The position numbers and the translations under genes were made by a program. Source: Enoplolaimus lenunculus (taxonomy: Eukaryota). Taken from it: a stretch of DNA of 64,000 nt. The notes under the pieces were generated by a model. It was not told the DNA's origin. It searched no databases and worked only from the letters and a program-made list of their open reading frames with translations. Within the stretch, counting starts at the first letter, position 1, and every line of letters starts with the position of its first letter. The stretch lies in contig JASANG010001546.1 in NCBI GenBank assembly GCA_030248215.1, positions 496,001-560,000 of the forward strand. Reading direction: 5' to 3'. This document shows, one piece after another, positions 13,306 through 27,800 of the stretch.

Positions 13306-15674
13306 TTTTAATGTTGTGATTGTTTATAAATTTATTTATTACTCAAATGTGCCAACTGCTGTGTAATGTTATCGAGTTTATTATATTCACAATCGTTTTG
13401 TTGTGTTCTGTTGCTTTTATTTGTTTATTTATTTATTTTATTTATTAAGTCTGCATTGTTTTGATTTAGTGCGTGGCATATTATATAAAGTGATTAATCG
13501 TTGTTGTCCTGTGTTTATCCAAATATTACAGTTACCTTAGGTTTCAGAAAATTGGGCAGTAAAATTTTTATTATTTTTATTGCGCTGTTCAATGAGTTTG
13601 TTTCTAAAGTTGGTGCAATTTTTTGTTGGAATTTCTCAAAAAGTTTAAAACAAACTTTTGATAAGACTTAGTGTTGTGTTGTACGCGCCGCCTGACGACG
13701 GCGCGCGGCGGTACGTTTTGTTAAAAATTATCGCACGTCTCCGTGCGGCGGAGTGCGCCGGCGTCCGGCTCAGTAAAGTATTGTGCAACACTTAGCAGAT
13801 GATTGTTAAAATATGCAAAGTCAACTTACTTTATTCGAGAAATTTCGTACTTATTGTCGACCTCTGGCTGGTTGTTTCACATACAGGGATGCCCTGGTAA
13901 GCTTTTTCCGACAAAGTTATGCCAACAAAATGAAAAGTTTCATTTGTTCGGTAGCTAATGTAACCGGAGCCAGACAGTGTTTTTCAATGGTTACAGGAAC
14001 TTAATATAAAAATTGTTTGTTTCTTGTTTATGTTATGAATGCTGATTCTTACAATTCTGTTATTTTAACTGTTATAAAAGTTTGACTACAACTGTGCCTT
14101 AGTGTTCTACTCAGGTCTGTATTTGCTGTGTTTCACAGTTCATATCATTCAGTTTTTGGTTTATTTTTTATCATTTTGTGATGTTTTAGTTTTATTTATA
14201 TGACTCCAAATCAGGGTGGCACTAAACTCACTGTTTCATTATAAATGAAAGTTATAAAATTAAAATTGTAGCTCTTTGACATGCCAACGTAACAAGCCGA
14301 AGCTCATTCAGACAATTGAAACATTTAAATTTTGAAGTAGCGAAAGCCGAATTTTTTGGCGCATGCATTAAGGTTCTTGCTAACAATGATTGTGTTTGTT
14401 TCAACGCGATTTCAAAATGACAAACATGTGATTTCCAACCTTGCTGGATACGGATTGCTCAAAAACTCGGAATATGATTGTGAACATTCAATCTTTGCCG
14501 AATCTGAAACCAAATGCGATCCGAATTTTTTTGCCACCCTGATCCAAATATATTCATGTATAATTAATCATATGACAATGTTCTATTTGCAACTGCAGAA
14601 TTGAAGATATGAAAATTGCTTAACCTGTATTGAATATTTCGGATGCTTGCGAGTCTGTTTCTACTGCTCGATCAGTTTAAATTTTTTAAACAAAATTTTA
14701 AGTTTGTTGCCGGCTGGATTGCTGCTATTCAGAGAAGACTGAATCCGTGCGCAACTCGAATAGTTGATTCTGGTAATTGTTAATTTGTTGGGATTTAGTT
14801 GCCGGTTTGAAGGACTTTGATTGGTGCAAACTTTCCGTGTATTTGGGCAAAAATGTTAGGTTTGGGTATAGAATAATTAACAGGTCATGAGTGATTTTTT
14901 TTGTCTGCTTGTAAACATATTAAATGGTTGTATTTGTGCAATATTGGATCCCATTGCGAACTTTGTATGTTGCGTGCATACCAGAGTACGGCCGGAAGCG
15001 TGCCTCCTTCTCTGGCATAACATCGACTTCCGGCCTCCGTCTTCGGTAGAATTTTTGCAGGAAATTCCTCAATTTTGGTAGTGAAATTTTTTATAGTTTT
15101 ACAAAAATTGTTTCGGTCGTGAAAAAACCTAAAACCATAATTCTTGGTAACGCTTTATAGATATTTGCAAAAATTATAAAATTACACTTTGTGCAAGCTA
15201 TCTCATTTCGCGTCACGTCCGGCTTCGGCAAATTTTGTTAGCCTGTTCATGCTCCAGTATTTTTCACTTTTGGTTGCATCCTGATACGTACAGCTTGCTT
15301 CAGGAGTGCATGCGTTTTTAACTTGAATGTAAACAGGGCCGTGGCGATGTTATGCTCTGTTTTTGTTTTGAAGCTTGGAAGTTTTAAATAAAGAACTGTG
15401 TCAAGCGTTTAATCTCTTTGGCGTGCATTATGTAACAATTTTCATTTGTTTTGCAGTATAATCACGAAGTTATGTATACATAAAATGGCTGCATTGCGAA
15501 AACTTGTTTAATTTAATTTACGCACTGCGTCATTTAATACCATGATGGTGCTATTCTCAGTAAATTGACTTTTGCACTGTTCAGAAAAGCGGCGAATGTA
15601 TAGATCAGGGGCGTAACTGTAGTGTTTATGCCGTGTCCCAAACAGCAATTTGTCCAAGTTATTGCCCAAACAAA

Positions 15675-15945
15675 TACTGGAATGCAGAATACTTTTGATT
15701 GGGAAGATTGTACAAAGTAAACAGCTGCTGGAATGCAAACTGTTTGTGACTGGGTGTACAAACAACTATATCCTGAAATGCAGAATGCTTTTGATTGGAG
15801 AATTTTACAAACCAAACAGCTGCTGGAATGCAAACTGTTTGTGACTTGGTGTACAAACAACTATATCCTGAAATGCAGAATGCTTTTGATTGGAGAATTG
15901 TACAAACCAAACAGCTGCTGGAATTTAAACTGTTTGTGACTGGTT
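15675..15945. repeat. ~95-bp minisatellite, ~2.8 copies
   Basis: AATGCAGAAT recurs at ~15681, 15777 and 15872. The repeat explains the overlapping ORFs at 15508-16022. Confidence 0.85.
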
Positions 15946-16027
15946 ATACTGGCTTGGCTGTGTTCGAGAAAACTGTAACTTACACAATAATTATTTGTCT
16001 TCATCTTATTTGCAAATTGTAAATTAA

Positions 16028-16290
16028 CCCCTTCTCACATTGAGTTGCCTATAGGTAACTTGGCGCAGTGTATATACGTTAAATAGTATATATCGCACCG
16101 TGTTTAACAATTGCAACACGTATACATAGAACCAAATCACCACAAGACGTGAGAGCCCCCTCGGGCTCGAGCATCAAGCTCCTATAGCTGAGTGGTGATG
16201 GTATACGCCTCCCACTCCAGTCACCGGAGTTCGAATCCTAGCATAAAAGTAGATCTCAGGGGAAATAGAAAATATTCATGTGAGAAAGGG
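16028..16290 (+). mobile_element. piggyBac-like TTAA MITE carrying a tRNA-like Pol III promoter, copy 1
   Basis: TTAA|CCCCTTCTCACAT...ATGTGAGAAAGGG|TTAA. Internal box A (TAGCTGAGTGG) and box B (GAGTTCGAATCC) at ~16178-16250. Confidence 0.85.
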
Positions 16291-19200
16291 TTAAACAAGT
16301 TAAAAGCATGATGTAAAAACGGATAGTAATAATAACAAACGGATAGTCGTCAAAATAGCCAAAACAGATTTTAGTAGAAATGTTGGCTTTCTGAAATTTT
16401 AAAGGATAAATGGTGGACGCATTGAAAATTAACTTTTGCAGGCGCTTCATTTTTATTTCAAACAATTGCAGCTCTTTTGAAAATGAAAGATCGAACGATT
16501 ATCAACAAAATATTTAAGGAAAATTCGGGTATATATGTCTATGTCAACGCAAATTGACCGGTTTTTGTCAGAGACATTCCGGTTACACCTTGATATAAAA
16601 TATGAAGTTCGTGCAACCGGAATTATAAAATACCGGAACCTTAGCCGAAAAGTAAAATGATATATACCGGAGCAGGAACCACAAAATAAAAATAATTGTT
16701 ACCGAAAGTTTCATTTTAACGTTATTCAATCGCTATTAATGGTGGTGAAAAAATACCAGATTTATTTGCATAACCGAATAAAAAACGGCATTTCCCAACC
16801 GGAATTCCGGTTGCACCTTGCCCTTGGCCCATAGTCTCAAATGTAAAGCAGTTATCATCAGTTAGTTCTTTCCGTTTTTACTATCCGTTGTCACCCCGCT
16901 CTCTGCCTGATGGCTATAAGTTTCATTACGTATTCTATTAAATCCACAACTATGTTCAAACGTATAAAACTTCAAATTTTACTGAAAAGAGAATTTCCCT
17001 GTTTTTGTGGCCTCGGCGTTTCTACATTATTTTAATCTATCAAGAATGCAGCAAATTGAAGTTTGTCTGCTTGAGTCTGTTGTATTTCTGAAAAACGAAT
17101 ATTTTTTTCTTGAAGCTGACAATGAATTCTACATTTAAGTACTTATTTTTCAAATGACAGAAAAAATAATAACTGTGGTGATAAAAATTAGCTACGGTTA
17201 AAATGGTTGAAGACAATAATCTGAGAAATATTTTGAAAAAATTTCTAAACTTTAGTCATTTATGAAGTTTTTTTACTTGCGAAACTTTTCGCTGAAAACC
17301 AAAGTGCAAACGCGGGTACAAAAATGGAGCCGGAGCAACATAAAAATTTTAGCGTAGCCGGAGGTGAAACAAAAATAGGTATATTCCGCAAGTCATTGGC
17401 ATACAAATCTCTGATCTCAAGTGATCATTGCATACAAATTGCAATATGTCATATGACATCAGTGGACATTTATGCGAGTATCATATGATATTCCAAAATT
17501 CTACCAAATATTACATTATACTGCAGGACAGTGTAATTTGTGTGCACTAATGAAATAAGTGTAATTTGTGTTCACTAATCAAATAGTAAAAGCTATCAGG
17601 GTTCATCCGTAGGTCTGTCTCCGGCTCCAGGCAGAAAATCAGTCTCCGGTTCCGGTAGAATTTTTGCCGGAGGTTCCGGCAATTTCGGTAGTCAAATTTT
17701 GCATAATTTGGCACAATTTATCTGTTTAGCGCGTTCAATATATATTTCGGCTATCATAGAATATTGCAGTCAGACTATAAAATTTTAAAGAAAAATTTGC
17801 GGATGCACCTAATTTTTTTAAAGCATTTGGATGAATTTTGTAATTTTTATTCAATTTCAAACAGTTGTAGCATATATAATATGTGTAAAATTCTAAGATA
17901 TACACGTGAAAATTTCCGATAACGTTCCACCCTATGGTGAATCTGATTGTCACATCAGGATAGCAGACAATTCAATTTTTGTATTTTATAGCGGATCAAC
18001 GTGCACACAAAATATTACCGCTATTGCATAGGAACAATTCGTGTTTCAGGTTGCCCCAAAGGGTGAACCCGCATATAACAGGGTGCAACCGTAGGGGAAA
18101 TATACCTGAGCCAGTTTGCATAGGGTGACAGGAAATTGGGTTGACAAATATCTGTAAGGTGCTGCTTTACATCTACTTAAAACGAAACGTGCTAGATTAT
18201 ACAACTATTTTATCGGAACCTCCAGAAAAAATCTATTGCACCTGGACGTCGTTTTCTGTTGAAACCAGACCTCCGGTTTTACTCGAGTAATGTGTGTAAG
18301 CAAAAAATTAGTTTAAAGATCACCGTAGTGCTATCCTGATCTATACATTGGACCAAAAATGACAAAAATGCTTGCGTACCTGCTGGAAAAGGCTAGTTTT
18401 TGATTTGCCAACAAACAACAGCCCAAAAATTAAAACAATAAAACTTTATTAAAAATAAAATAGCGACAAAGATTATTCTGCATAATTTCACTAATGTCCA
18501 TGCGTTTACTTAAATGTTACGTACGTATATTTCTTGCACTATCGTAAATGAAAATAACTCTGTCGTAACTGCTGAAATTTCTTGCAAAATATCCATACCC
18601 GGAACAGTTTGTTATCTCCTGTTACAGGAACGAGACTTCATTTTGCACTCTGAGACACATCGAGTACCAAATACCATCGGACGGCTGTCAACGCCTAAAA
18701 CTTACTGACCCTTATTTTCTTCAGGTTTCTGCTTTGAAATATTCGTATAGCAATAAAAGTCGAAACAACATCGCACAACTGTTCGATTAAATAAATCAGC
18801 TGTACTAATTAATTAAAGCATGTCAAATAATGGATAAATTTCGTGAAACTATCATATTAAAAACTTTTCATGCCACGTACCTACCACAGCTTTGTTAGGT
18901 AACTTTTCGTGCAACTGTTTAGCCACTAACCGCGCCACCAAATATAATAACACTTTTATCTGTGTAGTAAAGTTTACGATATAAAGGTATAAAAAACTGA
19001 TTACAGCATACGTATAAGTAAGTCTTGATTAGCTTGGCTTAACCTAATGCTAATTCGTCCAAATCCGTTGTGTTTCACAACTAGAAAGGCATTTCAAAAC
19101 GAAAATGTACGCAATTGTAAACATGGAGAGAATGTCTTTATATTTTTAAACATCCCGTTTCACTCAAACACTGCACCGTAATAATAATATACTGCGGAAT

Positions 19201-20369
19201 AAAAATCTCTGCTCTATAAATCGAATTAAGTTCGAAAAACCAAACGAAAACCTGACAAAAAAAGAAAACTAAAAAATCATTCAAAGAAATCTAAGAATGT
19301 AGAAAAATTCAGTTTACATGAATTGAATACACTTAACGCGGTATGAAGAATGTTGTACTTGCACCGGGCATATTTGTTACACACACGTAAAATACACATC
19401 ATTCGATACAAAGAATACAACATTACTAAATTAATATTCAAACGAGTAAGATTTAACGATTTGTATGTAATATTGCAAACTTAAATGCAAAATATTTAGG
19501 ATTTTATAAGACGCAACCGGATTTCAAAAAATACCGAAGCCAAATCCGCATATTCACGCGAACATTTTAACAAAAAGTAACAGCTTAACTACGCTAATTT
19601 TACCGTTACTTGCGATATAATTTATGTTTGTACCAAACTTTTAACCTCAACCGGATTTCTGTATATTGTTTAGTTGCGAAACATCGTCATTTTTTGGTCA
19701 TAAATAATGGTTCAAATAATAAGTTATGTCATAGCTTTAAGCGATAAATGTCCGACAATGTAGAATACCGTAGGCGAATGTCTATTTTCTTTGCCGCAAC
19801 CGAACATTCGAGTTTTGGCAATTGGCTATACAGCTTGACATAAATGACAAATTTTGTACAGTAACCACACAACAACCGTTGCGTACAAGCTTGCACTCAA
19901 TAACAACGATGACGACAGTGGCTTGCAGTCAACCTTAAAATTGCTAAAAACAGCATCGCGTATTGGTGTTGCATTTGAAAAAAATGTTCACAAAGCTCGA
20001 CGATAGCAGATATAAATAATTGAATGAAAAAAACATGACCGCACCTAAAACATAAATATACTACGTATATGTTTTCATGATTTAAGTAAAGATATACAAC
20101 GATGCCAGTTCGAGCATGTGTATTCTGCAAACAACTCATAACAGGTGCATACAGTTTATGATGCCAAAACTTTGTTAAACCCGATTAATTTAGGCTTGTA
20201 ATTTTTCAACGGTCCGCTCAACTCAATGCTGCGTCCGGCTTGAATGTTTGCGATCACGGATTGAAACCGTAAAATCGCAATCGTTCGCTAATGAAGAAAT
20301 ACCGTAGTCGAGAGCGTTAGTCGAAATGCGGCTCTGTATAGATTGCAAGCCGTCCGGTCCAACATTTAA

Positions 20370-20631
20370 CCCTTTCTCACATGAATATTTTCTATTTCCC
20401 CTGAGACCTACTCTTATGCTAGGATTCGAACTCCAGTGACTGGAGTGGGAGGCGTACACCGTCACCACTCAGCTATAGGAGCTTGACGCTCGAGCCCGAG
20501 GGGGCTCTCACGTTTTGTGATGATTTAGCACTATGTATCGTGTTGCAATTGTTAAACACGGTGCGATATATACTATTTAACGTATATACACTGCGCCGAG
20601 TTGCCTACAAGTAACTCAATGTGAGAAGGGG
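20370..20631 (-). mobile_element. piggyBac-like TTAA MITE with tRNA-like core, copy 2
   Basis: Near-identical inverted copy of 16028-16290, with TTAA at 20366-20369 and 20632-20635. Confidence 0.85.
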
Positions 20632-21832
20632 TTAAGGTCCCATCCGCGGTCCATAGTGAGAGGGACTGTGGACCGTTCAGTTTTTTGTGGTCCGCCCCAT
20701 ACCACTGCATACATATTAGTCATACCAGCATATGCTGCTTTGAGTTACATATACCAAACTACTTAAAGTAGTATACAGACATTTCGTAGTCAATCATGAA
20801 CAAAATGGTCTTGTTCAAGCAGTGCCCATGGTTCATACTAAGCTAAAATTTTTCGACTGGATGGGTCCAATAAAAAGCCTCAAATTATGCCATGCGGCAA
20901 ACTATTATCTACTGTAGCCGAAATCTTCAAATTTATACAATACTTATAATTATTTTGGCCTAATAATCAAAAATTAAGATCGCTTCCTAAAAAATTCAAC
21001 CGCTAGAAGTTTGTCACAATTTTGAGTATAGTGAATATGATATTTAACATACTAAAATTATAAAACTTGCAATCCAGAAACTACATACGTAAATTATGTT
21101 ATAACTTACGTACTGAGCAATGCATCACAATATTTCCGAATACGCCTCCCCTCTTAAGCAACATTATTACGAAATGTTGGCGTCAACCAGAACAGCGTTG
21201 CTATCGTAGAAATAATCAGGAGACAATACAATTGTATTTATTCGAATTGACAACACGGAAAATTGATTTTTAAGGAGCACAAAGCAAGAAACGGCAGCGA
21301 AGAAACTAATTCTGAATAAAAAACGTTTACAGTTTCCATTTAGAAACTCTTACTGCACTGCTATTGCCAATCTATATATTAAAGCTGGAACGCCCCACAT
21401 ACGTATATTGGGCAAAGCGTTACTTTTGGTTTACAATAAATTTCTTAAGAAATACACGTGATTGTTCGATGAAAAGAAAATTTGCAAAGAAATTTTTGTG
21501 CTTTCGCTAAGTTTTGCGCATTGCGCAAAGCTGGCCGACTAGTAAATACGTACTATAATTCAAGTTAAATGTCATCATATTATTACATGGTTAAACACAT
21601 TAATTAATATACAGGTATTCAAGCAAATTAAGACACTTCGGAAGCAATACATGAAGTAAACAATACTTTGAATACAAACGACAAGGCTTTGATAAGCAGA
21701 AACAATCACATAGGCACCAAAACAGGGTGTGTATAGTTGGAGAAAAAGATGCGGTGTTCATTATTCGGTCAAGGGGGGAGTTGGGGCGAGGCCCAATATT
21801 AGAAACAAATGTCGATCCAATTGGTGCTGACT

Positions 21833-24800
21833 CTAGTGAATTGGCGGCTGAGGCGCGTTGGTGCTTTTTGTAGGCGGACGGCTCATTTTCTTGGGTTTGT
21901 TACAAAACGGTTCCGGTGGCGGCAGATCCCAAATGTCTACGAATCGGAAGCGCGATGCGAATTGGCTGTTGCTATTTTCTGCAATTAAAAATAAATAACA
22001 AACTCAATTTTATATTGGTATTGAATGATGATAACTACTAATTCACTAGCAGCATACTATGATATCAAATGATCGAAACACAAAGCCAAGGAAACTTACA
22101 CCAAACTAAGCACATGAATCATAACTCGCCATATACGGATATCGAAATCTAATCATTTCAATTTAAACAGTTTGAACAATTAAACAACAACCCCGATTAA
22201 TAGCACTTTCAAACTTTGTATTCCTGCAACAGAGTTTACTAACAACGCCCATTATCAAGCAGTGCCGGTGATAGCTCCCCTCATTTGGGTGGAGATCCTT
22301 GGCGAACACCTCATCTTAGCAAAGTATATATATTTTTCGATGAGCACACAGTTGTAGAGCCCTGAAACATTTTATTGAGGGGCCCCCCTCGGACCCGTTC
22401 GAGGCAGTCACGACGATCCTAACGCTTTCCCTGATGTCAAGTTTGAATTTGGCCAAAAATTATTCGCCACAAGTAGGAACGTGTATTCGCATGTTGTCCA
22501 CTATTTTAGCTTGCATGCTTAAAACATTCCAGATGCTCTAAATATAAACTTAAGTGTGTGTACACAGAGAAGGCTGTTGAACAAAAATATCAAACAAATT
22601 TTTGGAATTACGTTTTAAACTAAATCGGTGATTGTCAGTCGAATGTGATTGCCTTTGATGTGACGCCGCAGCTGTTGATGAGCCACGTGCAGGAGGCGGT
22701 GGCGGCCGTTGTTCGCCTGTGTCTGCAACAACCAAGTATACAAACGTATTTTATGCGTTTAACAACCATCCACAGCAAGGCCTCGTGGTCTGCATTGAAA
22801 TACAGTCTTGCTACCGTCAGAGACGCGAATACACGTAACCGCTACTGATATACTCGAATATGCCAACAATCGATTCACAACTACTACTGTATAAATAAGC
22901 AACTTAAGTTCGTCTTCCTAGTTCCACCATAGAGCTAAATGTTGCTATAAAATTCGACGCTCATCATGCCGGTAGGCCATGCCCAACGAAACTTGCCAAA
23001 CGTCCCATACAGATTAGACTTGCCTGGGGACAGGATTTGGCCGGTGACGGCTCCGGTACCTACATACATGGGACCAATGAATAGTTCTGTAAGAACGTAA
23101 TCTTTTTCGTAGCCACTTATTGCTAAATTTAGTAGCGAAATATAAGGCAGAGTCGAAGTTCTTTTCACAGCAATATATACTTTGACTTAAAAAACTAAAA
23201 TACATGTTTTACAAACGTTTTTTCAATTGTTTTGTGTGACCGAAACGCAAAGAGGCTTATTCAGCTTATCGAGGCGCAACGAATCAGCTAAAAAATGGCA
23301 TTGGTCACGTTTAGGTCCAAGCTAATAAAGATGCGCTCCTGCACCATCTAATACAGGATATATTACGAATACAGGATATATTACGCACACTTTATGTATA
23401 CATCAATTGTTTTCAAAACTTCATTGTACAGCGGGTCAACGTTTCATCAAATCAAAATTTGTTCAATTCTAACTTGACGGGTTCAATTATTAATTCCAAA
23501 GAGGCGTCGCGTACATAAATTTCGTAACAACAGCGCCAGGTTAAATACCACTACTTTAATAAAACACACCTCTCTTGCTTTACCTATATAGTAGCTTTTT
23601 AAGAGAGAAACAGTAATTGTTTAGGTTCTGCTAGAAAACAAATATACGTATATGCATATGAAATTTTGCTAACATCTAACTTTAACGCCTTCCGCCTGGC
23701 TGACTCAAATATAAACAATGTTTCTAATGTAGAAGCTATAAACCACTCTGCATATTTACGTACCATTTGCGTAGCCAGGATTTTAGAAACAAAAAGGGGA
23801 GTCACATTCTTCCAAAATTTACAAGTCGGTATGTTGTGATGCAAACTGAAAATGCGTCTACAAACTTACTTATGGTACAAAAATCGCAAAACGAGGATTG
23901 CGTTGACACCTAATCGGCCTTTGCTAAGCTACATACATACTTACTCGAATATGGCAACATTTGATGATGATACTGTGGGTCGTTTCGGGATACGCCATGG
24001 TTAATGGGTGCCGTCCCTGCTCTTGGCCTTCCACCACCTGCAGTCGACGCAGCCCCGCCGGCAAGTGGCGGTGGTGGCGGCGGCGGTCCTGACGGCTTCT
24101 GTAACGGCGGTCGCCGTGAATTGATTGTATGTTGTTGTTGTTGCGACAAATAATTATTATTATTATTATTATTATTATTGCTATTACTGTGATGATTATT
24201 TAACATCGTGTTGGCGGTGTTTGTTTGATATTGATGAGTTGGAATATTAGGAGGCACTGTTGGATCACGTGGCGGAGGTGGCGGCGGTCCGTTGTTATGT
24301 TGATGTTGATGTATCGTTGACCCGATTCCTGTACCGCCGGCACCATATTGATCGTTAATGTTCTGAACATACAATACAATTAAAATAATAATGAATATTC
24401 ACGCACGTAACTAATGCTTTAATTAGCCAAAACTGCGCTTACATTTATGCGCAATGATGTTTCACAGGTCGCAACCGCAAATGCGATTAAGATTACGATA
24501 AGTAAGATGCAAACTGCGGAGTCTTGCAGTACGTATGCATTAATGTTGACTAGATCTCTGTGTCAAAACTAACGTCACCCATTGACGGCGAAGCTTTTAA
24601 AACAATTCCTACTACGTATATATTCTATACACTTAGCTGAATGTCCAGTTTCAAATGTAGAATCAGAAAATTTTTTAAATATTCCAAATATATAAACACA
24701 ATTACTACATTTTCGCTCCTAAAAAACAAATCGTCAAATAGCAACCTACATAAATAAATCTGAAATACAACCAGCAAAACCTAAACGCAAAACACGATAA

Positions 24801-27800
24801 ATAAAAATCTGGTTAAAATTTGAAAACATACCAACGTGTTATATACTTTGGGTATATTACGTAATTAAGCCCGCGGGAAGTTAAAACGTACGCATTGTTT
24901 GTTACGCACGTATAACAAAGCTTATTTCGGTTGTGCAATTTGCGTTCCAAAACGTATACGTACACATGCGATAAGGGTGCAACCGAAATGTCAATTGAAC
25001 GGCTTCATATAAGCAATCAACGTGACGTCACGCTATTCAACAGTTTTGTAATTTGACGTCACATTGCGCGTAATATTGATATTTTATTTCGATAACAGTG
25101 ATTTTAAGCGCTCCGGTTCCTGTTCCGGTACAAAATTCAGCTTTACCCTGCCCAGCCTGTGACCGCAGAAATCAATAGTGCGCAGAAAATGGTCAAGCAG
25201 CATAGATATATACATAAATAAATAAATAAATAAAGGAACAAACAAATATGTCCGATTATCACTGATTTAACACTTCGATTAAAACAAGACAACATAATAT
25301 GTCCTTCCTTACACAACTCAAACAAAACTAAGATATATTTGTAACGTCAAAAACAAATTTTAACAACACTCACTTTACGCACTCAAAAATAAGAGTTGTA
25401 CGCAGTTGGTACTTAATAAATACCTACATATTCACGTACTGCGTATATCTCACCAGGAAGGCATATAATCTCCCAAGTGTTATGAGAATTTTTGTGCTCC
25501 ACGAGCAATTTCGTACCTCAAGGATCCAACAGGTTACTTTAAAGCAAAAACTACATTCACTGTCCAATTTCTTTGGGAATTCTAGAAAGCAACAAATCCC
25601 TCATACCCTAGTATATACGTGTACACCTATGTATACCTCATGTTAGTATGTACTAAGTGTCTCAAAGTATATAATAACTTACATATAACGACAACCGAAT
25701 ACGTAGGTATAACAAACACACCGGTTTAAGATTGTTGTAGTTGTACGTATATGTTAAAATGGTGATGTTTTCACACAAAACAAACTTACGTACATTTTGC
25801 GTTTTTTTTATTTATCGTCCAAGTTTCGACGGTATTAACAACGCTAAAGTGGTCGCGCAGCTGTTGTTACATTAAATATATTTACATTGAAAGCCTAAAA
25901 TAGCCATACTATTGCATTAGAGATGCCCCGAGGCCAACACGTTATTACAGATTTGCCATGGTTTTAACCGAGGTCAATTTTTATACTATGTCCTAGAGGC
26001 CAATCTGCTATTCAGGCCAATTACTAATCAGCCCAGGCCAATCTGCTATTTTCTGTAACCGCAATTTTGTCGAGGCTAAACTGCTAAGTATTAAACTCAT
26101 AGACCAATCAGATTTCATTATTTCGACAGACGCAATACCGATAACCGATCAGCGTTGGCTTTACATCACTGTTGTTTTGTTACATCTTACAATCGCTATT
26201 TGCCCAGAAATGCAGATTGGCTTAATTACATACATATATCGCAGGTGATGCTTTTAGGTATCTTTACGTGTTCTAAACTGGCTCCGGATGGTTTCCCGCC
26301 CGGCGGCCTTGGCCCCCGTTTCGAGACAAGTCTATTATGCATATATTTAAAATTATACGCAAATAGTTTTGCAAGTACGACTACAGCTGTATCAGAAATT
26401 AACCACAACGTTCTGCAACGTTTTAATTAAAACAACAGACGATGCCTACCTATGTATACATCAGAGTTCCAACAGGAACTAACTTTTGCCGGAACAGAAA
26501 CAGGAACCGGAATTTGAAATAATTTTCATCACCGAATTGCTGTTGGACTTTTTAGAAAACTTGTCACAATTGGGTTAATCGAATTTTCAACTATACACTT
26601 CAACATCAAGCTTTGTGAAAAGGAAAACAAATGAAAACAAATTAGAAACTGTTTACTAACAAACCTGAAGCAATGGCAAACGCAGTCATTTCGAAATAAC
26701 AATTTTTCAAAGGCAAAGTTTCCCATACTCCAATGATTAGCAATAATTTGCCACAAAACCGTAAAAATTCCTGTTCCTGCATCTTTGGATCAAGGAACAG
26801 GAGTTAAATTTTGCAGGAATTCCGGCCGGAACAGGAAATCCGATTGAACCCTGGTATATATGTCGCAGGCCAATTACCAATTGGCCTAGGCCAATCTGCT
26901 ATTTTATGTAATAGCAGTTTGACCTAGGCTACACTGCTATTGAACTTATAGACCAATCAGATTTCATTATTAGGAAAGACGTAATATCGTTAACCAATCA
27001 TTGTTGTTTTGCTGCATCTCACAATCGCTATTTGACCGAGGCCAAACTGCTATTTGCTTAAAATAGCAGATTGGCCTAGGTCAATAGGTAATTGACCAGA
27101 ATAGCTGATTGGCCTACGACATATATATGTAGCCTTCAGGTCACCGTGCCGAGCGGCGAATTTCATTACATTTTAGATTCACATGGGAATACTTTAATCC
27201 AACTTGATTCCACAGTTTTTATTTTAAAACTTTGAAGCGTTATTATCACTTTGTTTTTGTTTTTAAATGGCTGACTATGATTGATTAATAAAATAGCCGG
27301 CAAACAATATGTACATACTGTCTGCACAGAACAAATTAACGGCGTTGAATTTCGAAATATAACAAAGTAAGTTTGGATATGGTGTGCGATGAATAGCAAA
27401 TAAATGGATGATTGTAAAAAGAAGAAGAATAAAGGGTTAAAAAATGTAAACAAAAAATTTGTAAAGTAAAATTATTTACGGCACCGCGAGTCTCACAAAA
27501 ACTGATTTTGTTTAACGCGGCACGTGGCCGGGTACGGCGAGTATATACGTATAGCACAACCTTAAATGGCGTTAATAAAATTCACTCAAGCAGCCAACCG
27601 TATACATACTAACTAATACGAATTTTGTGCCACATAATACATACCAAAACAAACACCAGCACCAAAATAACACGTCACGATATCGAACTGAACAATGAAG
27701 CAAACTGGTTTATAAACAACTGGTGAATAAGCGTATATATACGTATATTAAATTCAAAATAACTCAACTGAAACAAGCTACATGCACACTGCGCACATAT

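Noticed and set aside
26226..26408. Pro/Gly-rich ORF as an extra WIP exon
   Set aside because: The visible splice sites give phases incompatible with the flanking phase-0 junction, and it lies next to MITE fragments.
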